A DNA stretch of 64,000 nt from Candidatus Latescibacterota bacterium (GTDB lineage Bacteria; Latescibacterota; UBA2968; GCA-2709665), in NCBI GenBank assembly GCA_965248435.1, contig OZ252100.1:4832001-4896000 (forward strand), read 5' to 3'. Shown in pieces: positions 48,607-58,500 of this stretch. Within the stretch, counting starts at the first letter, position 1; every line of letters begins with the position of its first letter. A program made the translations under genes and the position numbers. The notes under the pieces were generated by a model. It ran no database searches and was not told the origin of the DNA. It worked only from the letters and a program-made list of their open reading frames with translations.

Positions 48607-49050
48607 TTGAAGATGCCGGATCCTGATCGCAAGAACGCCTGGAAACGCCTGTCAGACCCGGAGGTAAAGGATCGGATCTATCGCTTCTTGAGCATCGGGG
48701 CGATCCTCATCCTGGTCGGGGGATCGGTGGTCCTGCTCCTCGCCTTCGTGATGAAGCTGGAGATCCTGGCGGTCGCCTTTCTGGGACTTTTTTCGGTGGT
48801 GGTGGCGTTCTACGTCTTCGACAAGCTCTGGCCTCGGGAGATGGAACCCCCCTCGGGTATTGGGGAGGCGGTTGTAAAGGCGTTAGAAGAGCCGAAGCCA
48901 GTTCCGCTGTCACCGGAAGAGTACCGCAGACAGAAGGAGCGGGCTCAAAAACTCATAAGAGACAAAGCGGCTCCTGCACTGGCGAAGGCGATTCGGGGTA
49001 TCTTGAATCAGGACAAGCTGAAGAGAGAGGACCGCAGGCGGAGACGTTGA
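48607..49050 (+). CDS. 2-TM hypothetical protein with FliF-C-terminus-like tail
   Basis: Two TM helices, then 'AQKLIRDKAAPALAKAIRGILNQD'. Confidence 0.6.
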   Translation: MKMPDPDRKNAWKRLSDPEVKDRIYRFLSIGAILILVGGSVVLLLAFVMKLEILAVAFLGLFSVVVAFYVFDKLWPREMEPPSGIGEAVVKALEEPKPVPLSPEEYRRQKERAQKLIRDKAAPALAKAIRGILNQDKLKREDRRRRR

Positions 49051-49108
49051 ATAATGCCGGAAGGGTTATGAGAAGACGAAGAAGGGGCGGCGTAGCAGCC
49101 GCCCCTTT

Positions 49109-50653
49109 TCATTTAAAGCGGTAGATGTAGATGGAATATCCTGCGCGCGAGATCGGATGGTATTTCGACAGCCAGTCTGTGAGTTCCGGGGCCTTACGGA
49201 AACCGATGAGGTGATGGACGCTCACGGCATAGTACCCGTTGGAAGGCTGCCGGGTGTCTGCTCGAGAGATCGGAATGGAACGGACCCCATAGGCCGGGAA
49301 CGCCTCCGGAGGGACGTTGCCGAAGTAGAGGAGTTTGAGGGGTGAGGCTTCCGGATGGGCCGTCTGCCATTCCGCCAGTGCGGGCAGATCCTGTCCCCAG
49401 TCGATGTTGCTGTCCTCGAGGAGTTGAGGCCCGTGCTCCGGACCGCCGGCAGCGAGATTAAAGTAGGCGAGATGGTGTGGATAGATTCCGAGGGCCGCGA
49501 TCGAGGTCCAGGCAAGCATGACGCAGACGAATCCAGTCATCAATCTGTGTCGCACTCCCGCCAGCGTCAAAGAACAGAACAGGAACAGAAATGGAAAGGC
49601 GGGGAGGATCCGGCGCAGGCCGATGTTGGCCTCGTCGAAGAAAGAGGCGCCTATGATGATGAATGCGGGGAAGAGGAGGTAGAGGGCTGCTTCCCGGTGG
49701 TCCGGGTCACGAAAGGCGAGGACAGTTGACAGGCCGAGCAGGAGGATGATCGGCAGCGGCACTTTTACGAGGAAGGCCGCGATGTGATAGTACCACCAAG
49801 GGTCCTCCGAGACCTGTCCGAACAGGTAGAACTTGTAGCCAGGTGTCGCGGAAGCGTAGAGCTGTCTTATCCCTTCAACATAATAGGCGGGATCGAAGGA
49901 GAGGTTGTATCCGGCAGAGACGCCCAACAGGGCGACGCCTCCGGTTATCAGAAGGCCCTTGATAGAACGAACCCTCTGAGCAGGATGCGTGACGAGACGG
50001 ACGGCAAAGATTCCGAGATAGATCGGGCCGAGCAGGAGTGCCGTGAATTTCGTGAGCAGGGCCAGAGCGGTCACCGCTCCGCAGATGATCCAATCCAGCC
50101 AGCCTTCAGCCCTGAAGGCACGCCAGAGTGCGTAGACAGCGAAGAACACAAAGGCCGTGCATCCCAGGTCTGTCGTGGCCAGTTTCGAGTGGGCGATGAG
50201 GTTGGGTGAGAATGCGGCGATCCAGACCCCGACAAGCGCAGGAACGTGCCCGTAAAGCCGGTTTCCCCAGGAACCGATCGAGAGAATCAGTAAGGCGCCG
50301 AGCAGCAGGACCGGGAGCCTGGCCCGATGCGCGATATCTTGTATCAGGTCGACGTTCTCGGTCAGGAACTGGCGAGCAAACCAGAAGTGATTGCCCTGCG
50401 TCCAGGCCGGGTGATCTGGCCCGGGCTGCCTCAAACCCATCCCAAGGAGCGGGAGGGCCTCGAGTTGCTGCATGAGTGGGGGGGCTTCTGGGTTCAGTCG
50501 GAAGTCGTTACGGGTCAGATAGCTGTATCCAGATGCGATAAAGACGGGCTCGTCCCAGGTAAGGGACTTGCTTGAGCCGCCTAAATAGCCCTGGAGAAAA
50601 AAGATGCAGGCAAGGAGGGCAAAGAACCAGAACGTGATCCTCTTCGTCAACAT
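49109..50653 (-). CDS. GT-C glycosyltransferase (GT39/ArnT-like)
   Basis: TWDEP, NPEAPPL, AHSKLATTD, TKFTA and DSNIDWGQD motifs; multi-TM. Confidence 0.88.
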   Translation of the reverse strand: MLTKRITFWFFALLACIFFLQGYLGGSSKSLTWDEPVFIASGYSYLTRNDFRLNPEAPPLMQQLEALPLLGMGLRQPGPDHPAWTQGNHFWFARQFLTENVDLIQDIAHRARLPVLLLGALLILSIGSWGNRLYGHVPALVGVWIAAFSPNLIAHSKLATTDLGCTAFVFFAVYALWRAFRAEGWLDWIICGAVTALALLTKFTALLLGPIYLGIFAVRLVTHPAQRVRSIKGLLITGGVALLGVSAGYNLSFDPAYYVEGIRQLYASATPGYKFYLFGQVSEDPWWYYHIAAFLVKVPLPIILLLGLSTVLAFRDPDHREAALYLLFPAFIIIGASFFDEANIGLRRILPAFPFLFLFCSLTLAGVRHRLMTGFVCVMLAWTSIAALGIYPHHLAYFNLAAGGPEHGPQLLEDSNIDWGQDLPALAEWQTAHPEASPLKLLYFGNVPPEAFPAYGVRSIPISRADTRQPSNGYYAVSVHHLIGFRKAPELTDWLSKYHPISRAGYSIYIYRFK

Positions 50654-50773
50654 ACCGGGCTTCTTCAAGGGTGATGAAGGGAGGGGGAGTAAGCGTGGCA
50701 ACGCACGGGGAGGTGTGGAGATAAATTTAAGACGCCTTTGCGCAGGGCGCAACGAAGATCAACCTGGCCAACC

Positions 50774-50802
50774 TTGACAAGGCCTGAGACTACAAGTATA
50801 TT
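50774..50802 (+). promoter_or_regulatory. sigma70 promoter of ssb
   Basis: TTGACA-17 bp-TATATT. Confidence 0.65.
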
Positions 50803-50890
50803 CCGAACAAATATACACGATCGCATCATCTCCCTCATGATCGTGCCATGATCCCATTCATTTAGGGTTTCTTTTCGCGAGGAGGTCGGT

Positions 50891-51364
50891 ATGGCACGGG
50901 GAGTCAACAAGGTCATTCTCATCGGCAACGTCGGGGCCGATCCGGAGCTTCGGTATACCCCCAGCGGGGCAGCGGTGACAAATTTCAACGTCGCGACGAA
51001 CGAAAGCTGGACGGACAAATCCGGCGAGCGCCAGGATCAGACAGAGTGGCACCGCATCGTGGCCTGGAGCCGCCTCGCTGAGATCTGCAACCAGTACCTA
51101 CGCAAGGGCAGTAAGGTTTACATCGAAGGGCGACTTCAAACGCGGAACTGGGAAGGGCAGGACGGACAAAAGCGGTACACGACGGAAGTGATCGCCCGAG
51201 AGATGCAGATGCTGGATTCCCGCGGGGAAACTTCGGGTGGGCAGGATGGGGGTGCGCCCTATGCTTCGGGACCTGCCGTCCCGGTCGAGTCCCAGTCGGA
51301 TGCGCCATCGACGGACCCGAAGGAGGCGCCTTCCTACAGCCCTGACGACGATTTGCCTTTCTGA
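50891..51364 (+). CDS. ssb: Single-stranded DNA-binding protein
   Basis: [23 protein letters not shown] and DDDLPF tail. Confidence 0.97.
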   Translation: MARGVNKVILIGNVGADPELRYTPSGAAVTNFNVATNESWTDKSGERQDQTEWHRIVAWSRLAEICNQYLRKGSKVYIEGRLQTRNWEGQDGQKRYTTEVIAREMQMLDSRGETSGGQDGGAPYASGPAVPVESQSDAPSTDPKEAPSYSPDDDLPF

Positions 51365-51437
51365 TTCGACTGCCCCTCACGAGTTGCTCAACGGCCTGCA
51401 AGTTCTTTGAACCTGCGGGCCGTGCTTGTTGGCCTTA

Positions 51438-52442
51438 TCAAATCGGCTTTTTGGCTTTGATCAGGCTGGATCCATCGGCGAGAATCATCCTTTCACATCG
51501 CACGAACCCCGCTTCGGAAAGCCAAGCCCGGTATTCCTGCTCGGTGTAGGCCTGCCCTTCGTCATACAGATTCAGAAAGACGATATTGAAGGCCGCGGCA
51601 TGTTTTGGAGAGATGCGGTCGTTGTCGAGGATGCCTGCGCCAAGTATGAGGATCGTGCCTCCAGGCGTGATGGCCCTACTGACGTGGCAAATGACCTTTT
51701 GAGCCTCATCCGGAGAAAGGGTCTGAAGTATCGCTTTCAGGACCGCCACATCAAACGCGCCTGCCGGAGCTTGGTGGACGACATCACAAGCCTCGACGCG
51801 GACCCTGTTTGATGATCCGGCGTTTTGTATGAATCGTTTTGCGATCGGTGCAACCGCCGGGAGGTCCACCACAGTCGCCTGGAGGCCGGGACAGGCTTCC
51901 GTGACGCCAATGGCCAGTCCTCCGGTCCCACCACCCACATCCAGCAGCTTCTTGCAGCTCTCGAAACTGTGCTTTTGGGCCAGATCACGACCTGTTTCTA
52001 CTGATTCCTCGTGTAGACAGCCCAGGAATGCCTCCAGTTCTTCGGGAGATACTTTCGAGGGATCGTGTCTGTCCTGAGGGAGTCCCGATCGGATGGACTC
52101 TGCCGTTCCGAGCGCTGCTGCCCACAACCGGTGCAGGAGCTTGTGTGAGCCTCCAACGTATGAGGGGCGGGTGGACACCAGGTATCGGTCTGCCTCAGGG
52201 CTGTTGGAGAACCGGTCTCCTTCAAGACACAACAGTTCAGTGGCCACAAGGGAATACAGGAGCGGGGTGAGTTTCCCTGTCTTTACATCCAGGGCACCGG
52301 CGATCTGACCTGCGGTCAGGGGCCCGTCCTTCAGGGATGTGAAGAGATCGAGCTGCAGGGCGGCAAGGGCCGCGAATGAGGGGTAGACGGCCCTTGAGAG
52401 CCTATCGAGGATATCGGGCTGCGGGCGCGGATCTTGATCCAT
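51438..52442 (-). CDS. O-methyltransferase (dimerisation + Methyltransf_2)
   Basis: LLDVGGGTG, VVDLP and an N-terminal winged helix. Confidence 0.88.
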   Translation of the reverse strand: MDQDPRPQPDILDRLSRAVYPSFAALAALQLDLFTSLKDGPLTAGQIAGALDVKTGKLTPLLYSLVATELLCLEGDRFSNSPEADRYLVSTRPSYVGGSHKLLHRLWAAALGTAESIRSGLPQDRHDPSKVSPEELEAFLGCLHEESVETGRDLAQKHSFESCKKLLDVGGGTGGLAIGVTEACPGLQATVVDLPAVAPIAKRFIQNAGSSNRVRVEACDVVHQAPAGAFDVAVLKAILQTLSPDEAQKVICHVSRAITPGGTILILGAGILDNDRISPKHAAAFNIVFLNLYDEGQAYTEQEYRAWLSEAGFVRCERMILADGSSLIKAKKPI

Positions 52443-52483
52443 ATCAGGGCATCCTGCCTGGCGAAGGAAATATTTCCAGAGTC

Positions 52484-52511
52484 TAAAGACTGAACCCTGG
52501 ATTGCCGAAAC
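52484..52511 (+). promoter_or_regulatory. sigma28-like promoter
   Basis: TAAA-16 bp-GCCGAAAC. Confidence 0.5.
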
Positions 52512-52557
52512 TAACTACATACAGTGAGGGAAGCACGTCAAATAGGGGGTGATGAAG

Positions 52558-52731
52558 ATGTCGGCCTCAATCCAGGGAATGGGTGTAGCCCTTCCAAACT
52601 TGGCGTTTACTCTTATTTTGAAATCGGTCCAAGAGGCACCTGCGGTGCCCCGTTCCCAGTCTGAAAATCTTGAAACGCAAGCGCCGGCAACCCTTGTCGA
52701 CTCTCATCATCAGATCGATGTAAAGGCCTAG
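52558..52731 (+). CDS. Small protein, YjfB/'putative motility protein'-like
   Basis: Ends in QIDVKA*. sigma28-like promoter upstream, terminator at about 52770-52803. Confidence 0.55.
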   Translation: MSASIQGMGVALPNLAFTLILKSVQEAPAVPRSQSENLETQAPATLVDSHHQIDVKA

Positions 52732-52828
52732 CCAAAAACTTACACGGACGTGCGTGCCTTTGCTAGTGAAAAGGCCCCCATCCTGATTGGATGGGGGCCT
52801 TTCGCTGTGATACAAGGTTCGCTATGAT

Positions 52829-52989
52829 TGACGGCGAACAGCGGACCGCAGCCGTGAGGTAGAGGGGAAGCTATCCTTGACCGCAGACCGCAGACCACGG
52901 CGAAACACGAAGAATCACGACAATCATCTCGCGGTCTGCCGTCCGCCGTCTGCCTTCAAGCGGTCAGCGGTCTGTCGTCTGCGGTCGGC
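52829..52989. repeat. Heptamer-based inverted repeat
   Basis: GACCGCAGACCGCAGACCACGG...GCGGTCTGCCGTCCGCCGTCTG...GTCTGCGGTC. Same family as 18876-19012. Confidence 0.6.
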
Positions 52990-52990
52990 C

Positions 52991-53200
52991 TTATGCCGTG
53001 AGGTCCACCTGCTTTCCTCTCTCCATGAGGGTGAGGACGGGGATGCTCGAGGCGAGTTCCATCCGCGGGGCAGAGAAGTCCCGCGGCTCGACTCGAAATG
53101 TGGTTACCTCCTCAATCAGGCGAGTCGTCTCCTCGAGGAGCTGCAGCGCGGTTCTGCCGGAGCCCGTGTGCAACCCGGATACGATTGGATTGAGGTTCAA
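52991..53200 (-). CDS. Small protein with YjfB-like C-terminus
   Basis: Ends in RGKQVDLTA*. GGGGGA RBS before TTG. Confidence 0.5.
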   Translation of the reverse strand: MNLNPIVSGLHTGSGRTALQLLEETTRLIEEVTTFRVEPRDFSAPRMELASSIPVLTLMERGKQVDLTA

Positions 53201-53339
53201 AGGAAATCCCCCAAAGTGGTGAATTAGTAAACGCTATTGCAAAAAGGATCGCTTCCCCAAAGAGGGGCGCTGATTCAGGCTGGCCAAGCCTTCGGTAACG
53301 ACCTATTTTGTCCAGATCGAACGGACCCGTTCACTCGTA

Positions 53340-54548
53340 ATGAAGGTGCATCCAGTCGTGACCCAACTCCGCATTGGCGTCCTTGGCCTCCGCCGGGGTC
53401 TGACGCACTTCGTCAACCTGCTTTCCCTCGAAGAGGTAGACCTGGTCGGGGCCTGTGACCGTTTTCCCGCGAAGCGCGAACAGGCCCAAGTCCACGCTGA
53501 CCGGGGTGATGCGAAAGCGCGGATCGTCCCCGAGTTCGAGGACCTCCTGGGCATGGACCTGGACGCGGTCGTGATCGCGAGCAACGGCAAACTCCAGGTC
53601 GAACACGCGTGTGCCGCGATGGAAGCCGGCTGTCACGTCCTTTCGGAGGTTCCCGGAGCATACACCCAGGATGAGTTGGTTCGGTTGAAAGAGACCGTAG
53701 AACGAACTGAAAAGACGTACATGCTGGCCGAAAACGCGTGTTACAACGACTTTCTCAAGTACTGGAGAAAATGGGTCCTGAACGACCGATTCGGTCCGAT
53801 CTCGATCGCAGAAGGAGAATACCTTCATTATCTCCCGCAGACGCTCTTCTTACCCGATGGTGAGCGTCTCTCGCCGCGTGAAGCTGCGGCCGCCGGCGAG
53901 ACAGACACGAGACCGATCTGGCGTGCGGACCAGCCGCCCATACAGTATCTCACTCACGATCTGGGTCCGCTCCTCGAGATCCTGGATGACCGATGCGTTT
54001 CGGTGACCTGTATGAGCGCCCCCTGGCACAGCAAGGAGGCACCGCTGAGATCCGACGGTCAGATCGCGCTGTTTCAAACTCAGAAGGGCACCCTGATCAA
54101 GATCATGGTGACCCTGAACAGTCCACGTCCTTCCGAGCACCGGTACCGTCTCTTCGGCGTCGAGGGAGGCGTGGAGTGGTTCTTCTACGAAAAGTTCGGG
54201 CGCTATTTCGGTCCAGAGATCCCGGAAGAGGAGGGTTGGATGACGGTCTCCATCGGCAAATCCTCGATGGACGACGACCCCTCTACCGGACACGGCGGGA
54301 CGGACCTGAAAACGGTTCGCCACTTCGTCGAGACTCTTCTCGAGGGCCGGGCTTCTCCCATCGACGTCGACCGTACGATCGAGTATGCACTCCCCGGAAT
54401 CATCGCTGCTGAATCGGCCGAAAACGGGGGTGTGCCGCTGCAGATTCCCGATCTTCGCCGCGAGCCGTTTACCGGCTCCCGATTCTGGGAGTCGATCGAT
54501 CTCCCGGAGGATGAGCCGGATTCCGCTCCATATCAGCCGCCAGGATGA
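53340..54548 (+). CDS. Gfo/Idh/MocA family oxidoreductase
   Basis: RIGVLGL, HVLSEVP, YMLAENACY, EGEYLH and GHGG.D. Confidence 0.88.
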   Translation: MKVHPVVTQLRIGVLGLRRGLTHFVNLLSLEEVDLVGACDRFPAKREQAQVHADRGDAKARIVPEFEDLLGMDLDAVVIASNGKLQVEHACAAMEAGCHVLSEVPGAYTQDELVRLKETVERTEKTYMLAENACYNDFLKYWRKWVLNDRFGPISIAEGEYLHYLPQTLFLPDGERLSPREAAAAGETDTRPIWRADQPPIQYLTHDLGPLLEILDDRCVSVTCMSAPWHSKEAPLRSDGQIALFQTQKGTLIKIMVTLNSPRPSEHRYRLFGVEGGVEWFFYEKFGRYFGPEIPEEEGWMTVSIGKSSMDDDPSTGHGGTDLKTVRHFVETLLEGRASPIDVDRTIEYALPGIIAAESAENGGVPLQIPDLRREPFTGSRFWESIDLPEDEPDSAPYQPPG

Positions 54549-54874
54549 ACGGACTGCGTCGTGCGTTCGGACAAACCGCACCTGTTCATACATATCGACA
54601 CAATTCCCCACCGGATGAATGCTCCTCGGCTTGAAATCGCACTCGGAACGAAGAAATGCGGCCCCCCCCTCCGCAAGCGAGTGAGAAATAGGCAAATACA
54701 GAATTCTTCAGACCCTAACAAAGGCTTGACTCCCGGTTACATTCCTTTATATTTCAGCGCTTTTTTTCCAGCTCAGGGGGGCAAGTCGTTTTCGGAGATG
54801 CCAATTCGCCAGTTCTCGCCCGCGCATCTCCTTTTTTGTCTCCTCCGTCATAACGACCCCGACCAGGTGTCTCG

Positions 54875-55525
54875 ATGCCACAGATTTTTCATCGCAGCAC
54901 CAACACCCTTTCAAGAGTGAGCATCTTTGGTGCTGTCTTCTTCCTGGCCGGACTTTTGTGGTTCCTCGTTATCCTGAACCGCTCCTCCTACGTTACCCAG
55001 GCCGAGGTCCCGCGCGCGCAGCCCGTGCCCTTCAGCCACAAGCATCACGTGACCGGGATCGGGATCGATTGTCGTTATTGCCATACCTCTGTTGAAGAAT
55101 CCTCATTTGCCGGCATCCCTCCGACAGAGACCTGCATGACCTGCCACTCACAGATCTGGGCCGACAGTCCGATGCTTGAACCGGTGCGGGAGAGCTTCCG
55201 CACCGGCAAGCCAATCGAATGGATCCGCGTTCACGACCTGCCCGATTTTGTCTACTTCAACCACAGCATCCACGTTCACAAAGGTGTCGGCTGCAAGACC
55301 TGTCACGGCCCTGTCGATCAGATGCCGCTCGTCTGGAAATCAGAGACATTGAACATGGAATGGTGCCTGGAGTGCCACAGGGAGCCGGAGCGCTTTGTGA
55401 GACCGCGCGAGGAGGTCTTTAATATGGCGTGGGAACCGCCCGCCGATCGGAGATCGCTTGGTCTTCAACTCGTAAAGGCCAACAGGATTGAGAGTCTAAC
55501 CTACTGCTCAGTGTGTCACCGATGA
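54875..55525 (+). CDS. actA: Alternative complex III pentaheme cytochrome c
   Basis: QPVPFSH and five CxxCH motifs. Confidence 0.93.
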   Translation: MPQIFHRSTNTLSRVSIFGAVFFLAGLLWFLVILNRSSYVTQAEVPRAQPVPFSHKHHVTGIGIDCRYCHTSVEESSFAGIPPTETCMTCHSQIWADSPMLEPVRESFRTGKPIEWIRVHDLPDFVYFNHSIHVHKGVGCKTCHGPVDQMPLVWKSETLNMEWCLECHREPERFVRPREEVFNMAWEPPADRRSLGLQLVKANRIESLTYCSVCHR

Positions 55526-58500
55526 AAGATTCCCAGAAGAGACCGTGGATGGACGACAAACTGATTCGCGAGCGCGTAGGGAACAAAAGCGGCCGCGACT
55601 ACTGGAGATCCCTGGATGAGCTGGCGGACTCGAAGGCGTTCCGGGATCTTCTTCACCGAGAGTTCCCGGAAGGGGCGTCGGAATGGAATGACGGCGTCGG
55701 TCGGCGGGAGTTTCTCAAGGTGATGGGGGCATCGCTCGCCCTGGCCGGGATGACGTCGTGTACATCACAACCGGTTGAAAAAATCCTGCCCTATGTGCGC
55801 GCTCCGGAAGATGTTGTGCCCGGTAGACCTCAGTTCTTCGCTTCCGCCACGACACTCGGAGGGTTTGCCAACGGCGTGCTTGTCGAGAGTCATATGGGGC
55901 GGCCGACGAAGATCGAGGGGAATCCGGAACATCCCTCCAGCCTGGGTTCGACAGATGTCTTTTCTTTGGCGTCGGTGTTGACGCTTTACGATCCCGACCG
56001 ATCTCAGGTCGTGCATCACGCGGGGCGGATCGCCACCTGGGGCGGCTTTCTGGATGCGGTGACGAAGGATCTCGCCAATCAAGAGATCAGTAACGGGGCC
56101 GGGCTCCGGGTGCTTACAGAAACGGTGACTTCTCCCACGCTCGCTCGGCAGCTCGAAGCGCTGCGTGAGCGGTTCCCTCAGTCCAGGTGGCATCAGTTCG
56201 AGCCGGTCGATCGTGATGCAGAGCGCGCGGGTGCCCGTCTCGCGTTCGGCGAGGATGTCGCGACGCGCTACCGGTTCGACCAGGCCAGGGTGATCCTTTC
56301 CCTGGATGCGGATTTCCTCACGTGCGGGCCGGGCAGTCTGGCCTACGCCCGTGCGTTCGCTTCCGGGCGTAGGGCGGAAGGGGCGATGAACAGGCTCTAC
56401 GCCGTGGAATCCTCCCCGAGCAATACCGGAGGGATGGCGGATCACCGGCTGACGCTCACCGCCGGTGAAATCGAGGGTTTCGCGCGCGCGGTTGCGAGCC
56501 GGCTGGGAATCGAAGCGGGTCCGGATGAGTCAGCAGATCACGAGACGTGGATCGCCGCACTCGTCCGGGACCTGAAGCGGCACCCTGGCGCCTGTGTCGT
56601 CGTCGCCGGCCAGCAGCAGCCGCCAGAGGTGCACGCACTCGCCCACGCCATGAATCACGCGCTCGGGAACGTGGGCGAGACGGTCGTCTACACGGATCCT
56701 GTGGAAGAAAGCCCGACAGACCACGCGCAGTCTCTGAGGGACCTCGTGGATGACATGGCTGCGGGCCGCGTTGAGCTGCTGTTGATCCTGGGCGGAAACC
56801 CGGCATTCACCGCGCACGCGGATCTCGCGTTTGCGGACCGGCTCTCGGACGTGAAGACGAGCGTCCACCTCAGCCTTTACGATGATGAGACGTCGAAGCT
56901 TTGCCACTGGCACGTCCCGGAGGCGCATCCTCTTGAGGCCTGGAGCGATGCGAAGGCTTTCGAGGGTAGCGTCAGCATCATCCAGCCGCTGATCGAACCG
57001 CTCTACGGTGGCCGCTCCGTTCACGAAGTGGCGTCCGTCTTCACGGGGCAGGCCGGGCGGTCCGGCTACGATATCGTCCGGGAGACCTGGAAGGGCCGCG
57101 ATTCCGGAGGCGATTTCGAACGATTCTGGCGGCGGTCTCTGCACGACGGTTATGTCGCCGGTAGTTCGCTGCCGCCAAAGAAGGTTTCCCTGAAGGGCAA
57201 GATCGGGGCTCAAGCCCGCCGCTCGAAGACGGTTAGCGGACTGGAGGTCATCTTCCGTCCCGATCCAACGGTCTGGGACGGTCGCTTTTCGAACAACGGC
57301 TGGCTTCAAGAGCTGCCGAAGCCAGTGACCCGGCTGACTTGGGACAACGCGGCCCTGATGAGTGTCGCGACCGCAGAGCGGCTGGGTCTTCAGAACGAAG
57401 AGGTGGTGGACCTCGGCTACCGGGGAAGGAGCGTGAAGGCCCCCGTCTGGATCGTCCCGGGACATCCCGCCGATTCGGTCACGCTCCATCTGGGATACGG
57501 GAGGACGGCAGCAGGCAGACTCGGCAGCGGAGCCGGATTCAACGCGAACGCCCTGCGGACCTCGGACGCGCCGTGGTTCGGCCGTGGCCTGGAGGTCAGC
57601 AAGACCGGCGAGCATCAGGAGCTGGCGTGCACGCAGGAACATAGCAGCATGGAAGGAAGACACCTCATTCGTGAGGGGACCGCGGAGGAATATCAGAAGA
57701 ATCCTGCGTTCGTTTCCGAGATGGGTCACGATCCGGACCCCGACCTCACGCTCTACGACCCGGAGGAACATCAGTCGTCGGAAGGGTATGCGTGGGGGAT
57801 GGCCATCGATCTGAACGCGTGCACAGGATGCAACGGATGCACGATTGCGTGTCAGTCGGAAAACAACATCCCCGTGGTCGGGAGGCGGGAAGTGATGAAC
57901 GGAAGGGAGATGCACTGGATTCGGGTCGATCGCTATTTCGAGGGAGATATGGAAACCCCAGAGATGGTTCATCAACCTGTCCCCTGCATGCATTGTGAGG
58001 ATGCCCCCTGTGAACTGGTCTGCCCCGTCGCGGCGACGGTCCACAGCGACGAGGGGCTGAACGAAATGGTCTACAACCGGTGCGTCGGGACGCGTTACTG
58101 TTCGAACAACTGCCCCTACAAGGTGAGGCGGTTCAACTTCTTTCAGTACGCCGACGAGGAGACGCCCAGCCTGAAGCTCTTGCAGAATCCCGATGTGACG
58201 ATTCGGGCGCGCGGGGTGATGGAGAAGTGCACCTACTGCGTGCAGCGGATCAACTCCGCCCGGATCACGGCCAAGATGGAAGATCGCGAGATACAGGACG
58301 GTGACATCCTCACGGCCTGTCAGGCGGCGTGTCCCACGGAGGCGATCGTCTTCGGCAACATCAACGACCCGAACAGCCGCGTCTCCAGGATGAAATCGGA
58401 GCCCCGCAACTACGGGCTGCTCACAGAATTGAACACCAAACCCCGGACGACGTACCTGGCCCGGCTCAGAAACCCAAACCCCGAGATCGAACATGGCTAG
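55522..58500 (+). CDS. actB: Alternative complex III ActB (Mo-oxidoreductase-like + Fe-S)
   Basis: YWRSLDEL, RREFLK TAT motif, GRPTKIEGNP and C-terminal 4Fe-4S motifs. Confidence 0.93.
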   Translation: MKDSQKRPWMDDKLIRERVGNKSGRDYWRSLDELADSKAFRDLLHREFPEGASEWNDGVGRREFLKVMGASLALAGMTSCTSQPVEKILPYVRAPEDVVPGRPQFFASATTLGGFANGVLVESHMGRPTKIEGNPEHPSSLGSTDVFSLASVLTLYDPDRSQVVHHAGRIATWGGFLDAVTKDLANQEISNGAGLRVLTETVTSPTLARQLEALRERFPQSRWHQFEPVDRDAERAGARLAFGEDVATRYRFDQARVILSLDADFLTCGPGSLAYARAFASGRRAEGAMNRLYAVESSPSNTGGMADHRLTLTAGEIEGFARAVASRLGIEAGPDESADHETWIAALVRDLKRHPGACVVVAGQQQPPEVHALAHAMNHALGNVGETVVYTDPVEESPTDHAQSLRDLVDDMAAGRVELLLILGGNPAFTAHADLAFADRLSDVKTSVHLSLYDDETSKLCHWHVPEAHPLEAWSDAKAFEGSVSIIQPLIEPLYGGRSVHEVASVFTGQAGRSGYDIVRETWKGRDSGGDFERFWRRSLHDGYVAGSSLPPKKVSLKGKIGAQARRSKTVSGLEVIFRPDPTVWDGRFSNNGWLQELPKPVTRLTWDNAALMSVATAERLGLQNEEVVDLGYRGRSVKAPVWIVPGHPADSVTLHLGYGRTAAGRLGSGAGFNANALRTSDAPWFGRGLEVSKTGEHQELACTQEHSSMEGRHLIREGTAEEYQKNPAFVSEMGHDPDPDLTLYDPEEHQSSEGYAWGMAIDLNACTGCNGCTIACQSENNIPVVGRREVMNGREMHWIRVDRYFEGDMETPEMVHQPVPCMHCEDAPCELVCPVAATVHSDEGLNEMVYNRCVGTRYCSNNCPYKVRRFNFFQYADEETPSLKLLQNPDVTIRARGVMEKCTYCVQRINSARITAKMEDREIQDGDILTACQAACPTEAIVFGNINDPNSRVSRMKSEPRNYGLLTELNTKPRTTYLARLRNPNPEIEHG

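Noticed and set aside
50803-50818. LexA (GAAC-N4-GTTC) box at the ssb promoter
   Set aside because: Only one half-site matches (CGAACAAATATAC), which is too weak to call.
56530-58494. Long antisense ORFs (also 28058-29611, 36438-37622, 37656-38975, 1701-2546)
   Set aside because: They are shadow frames opposite well-supported genes in GC-rich DNA and carry no motifs.
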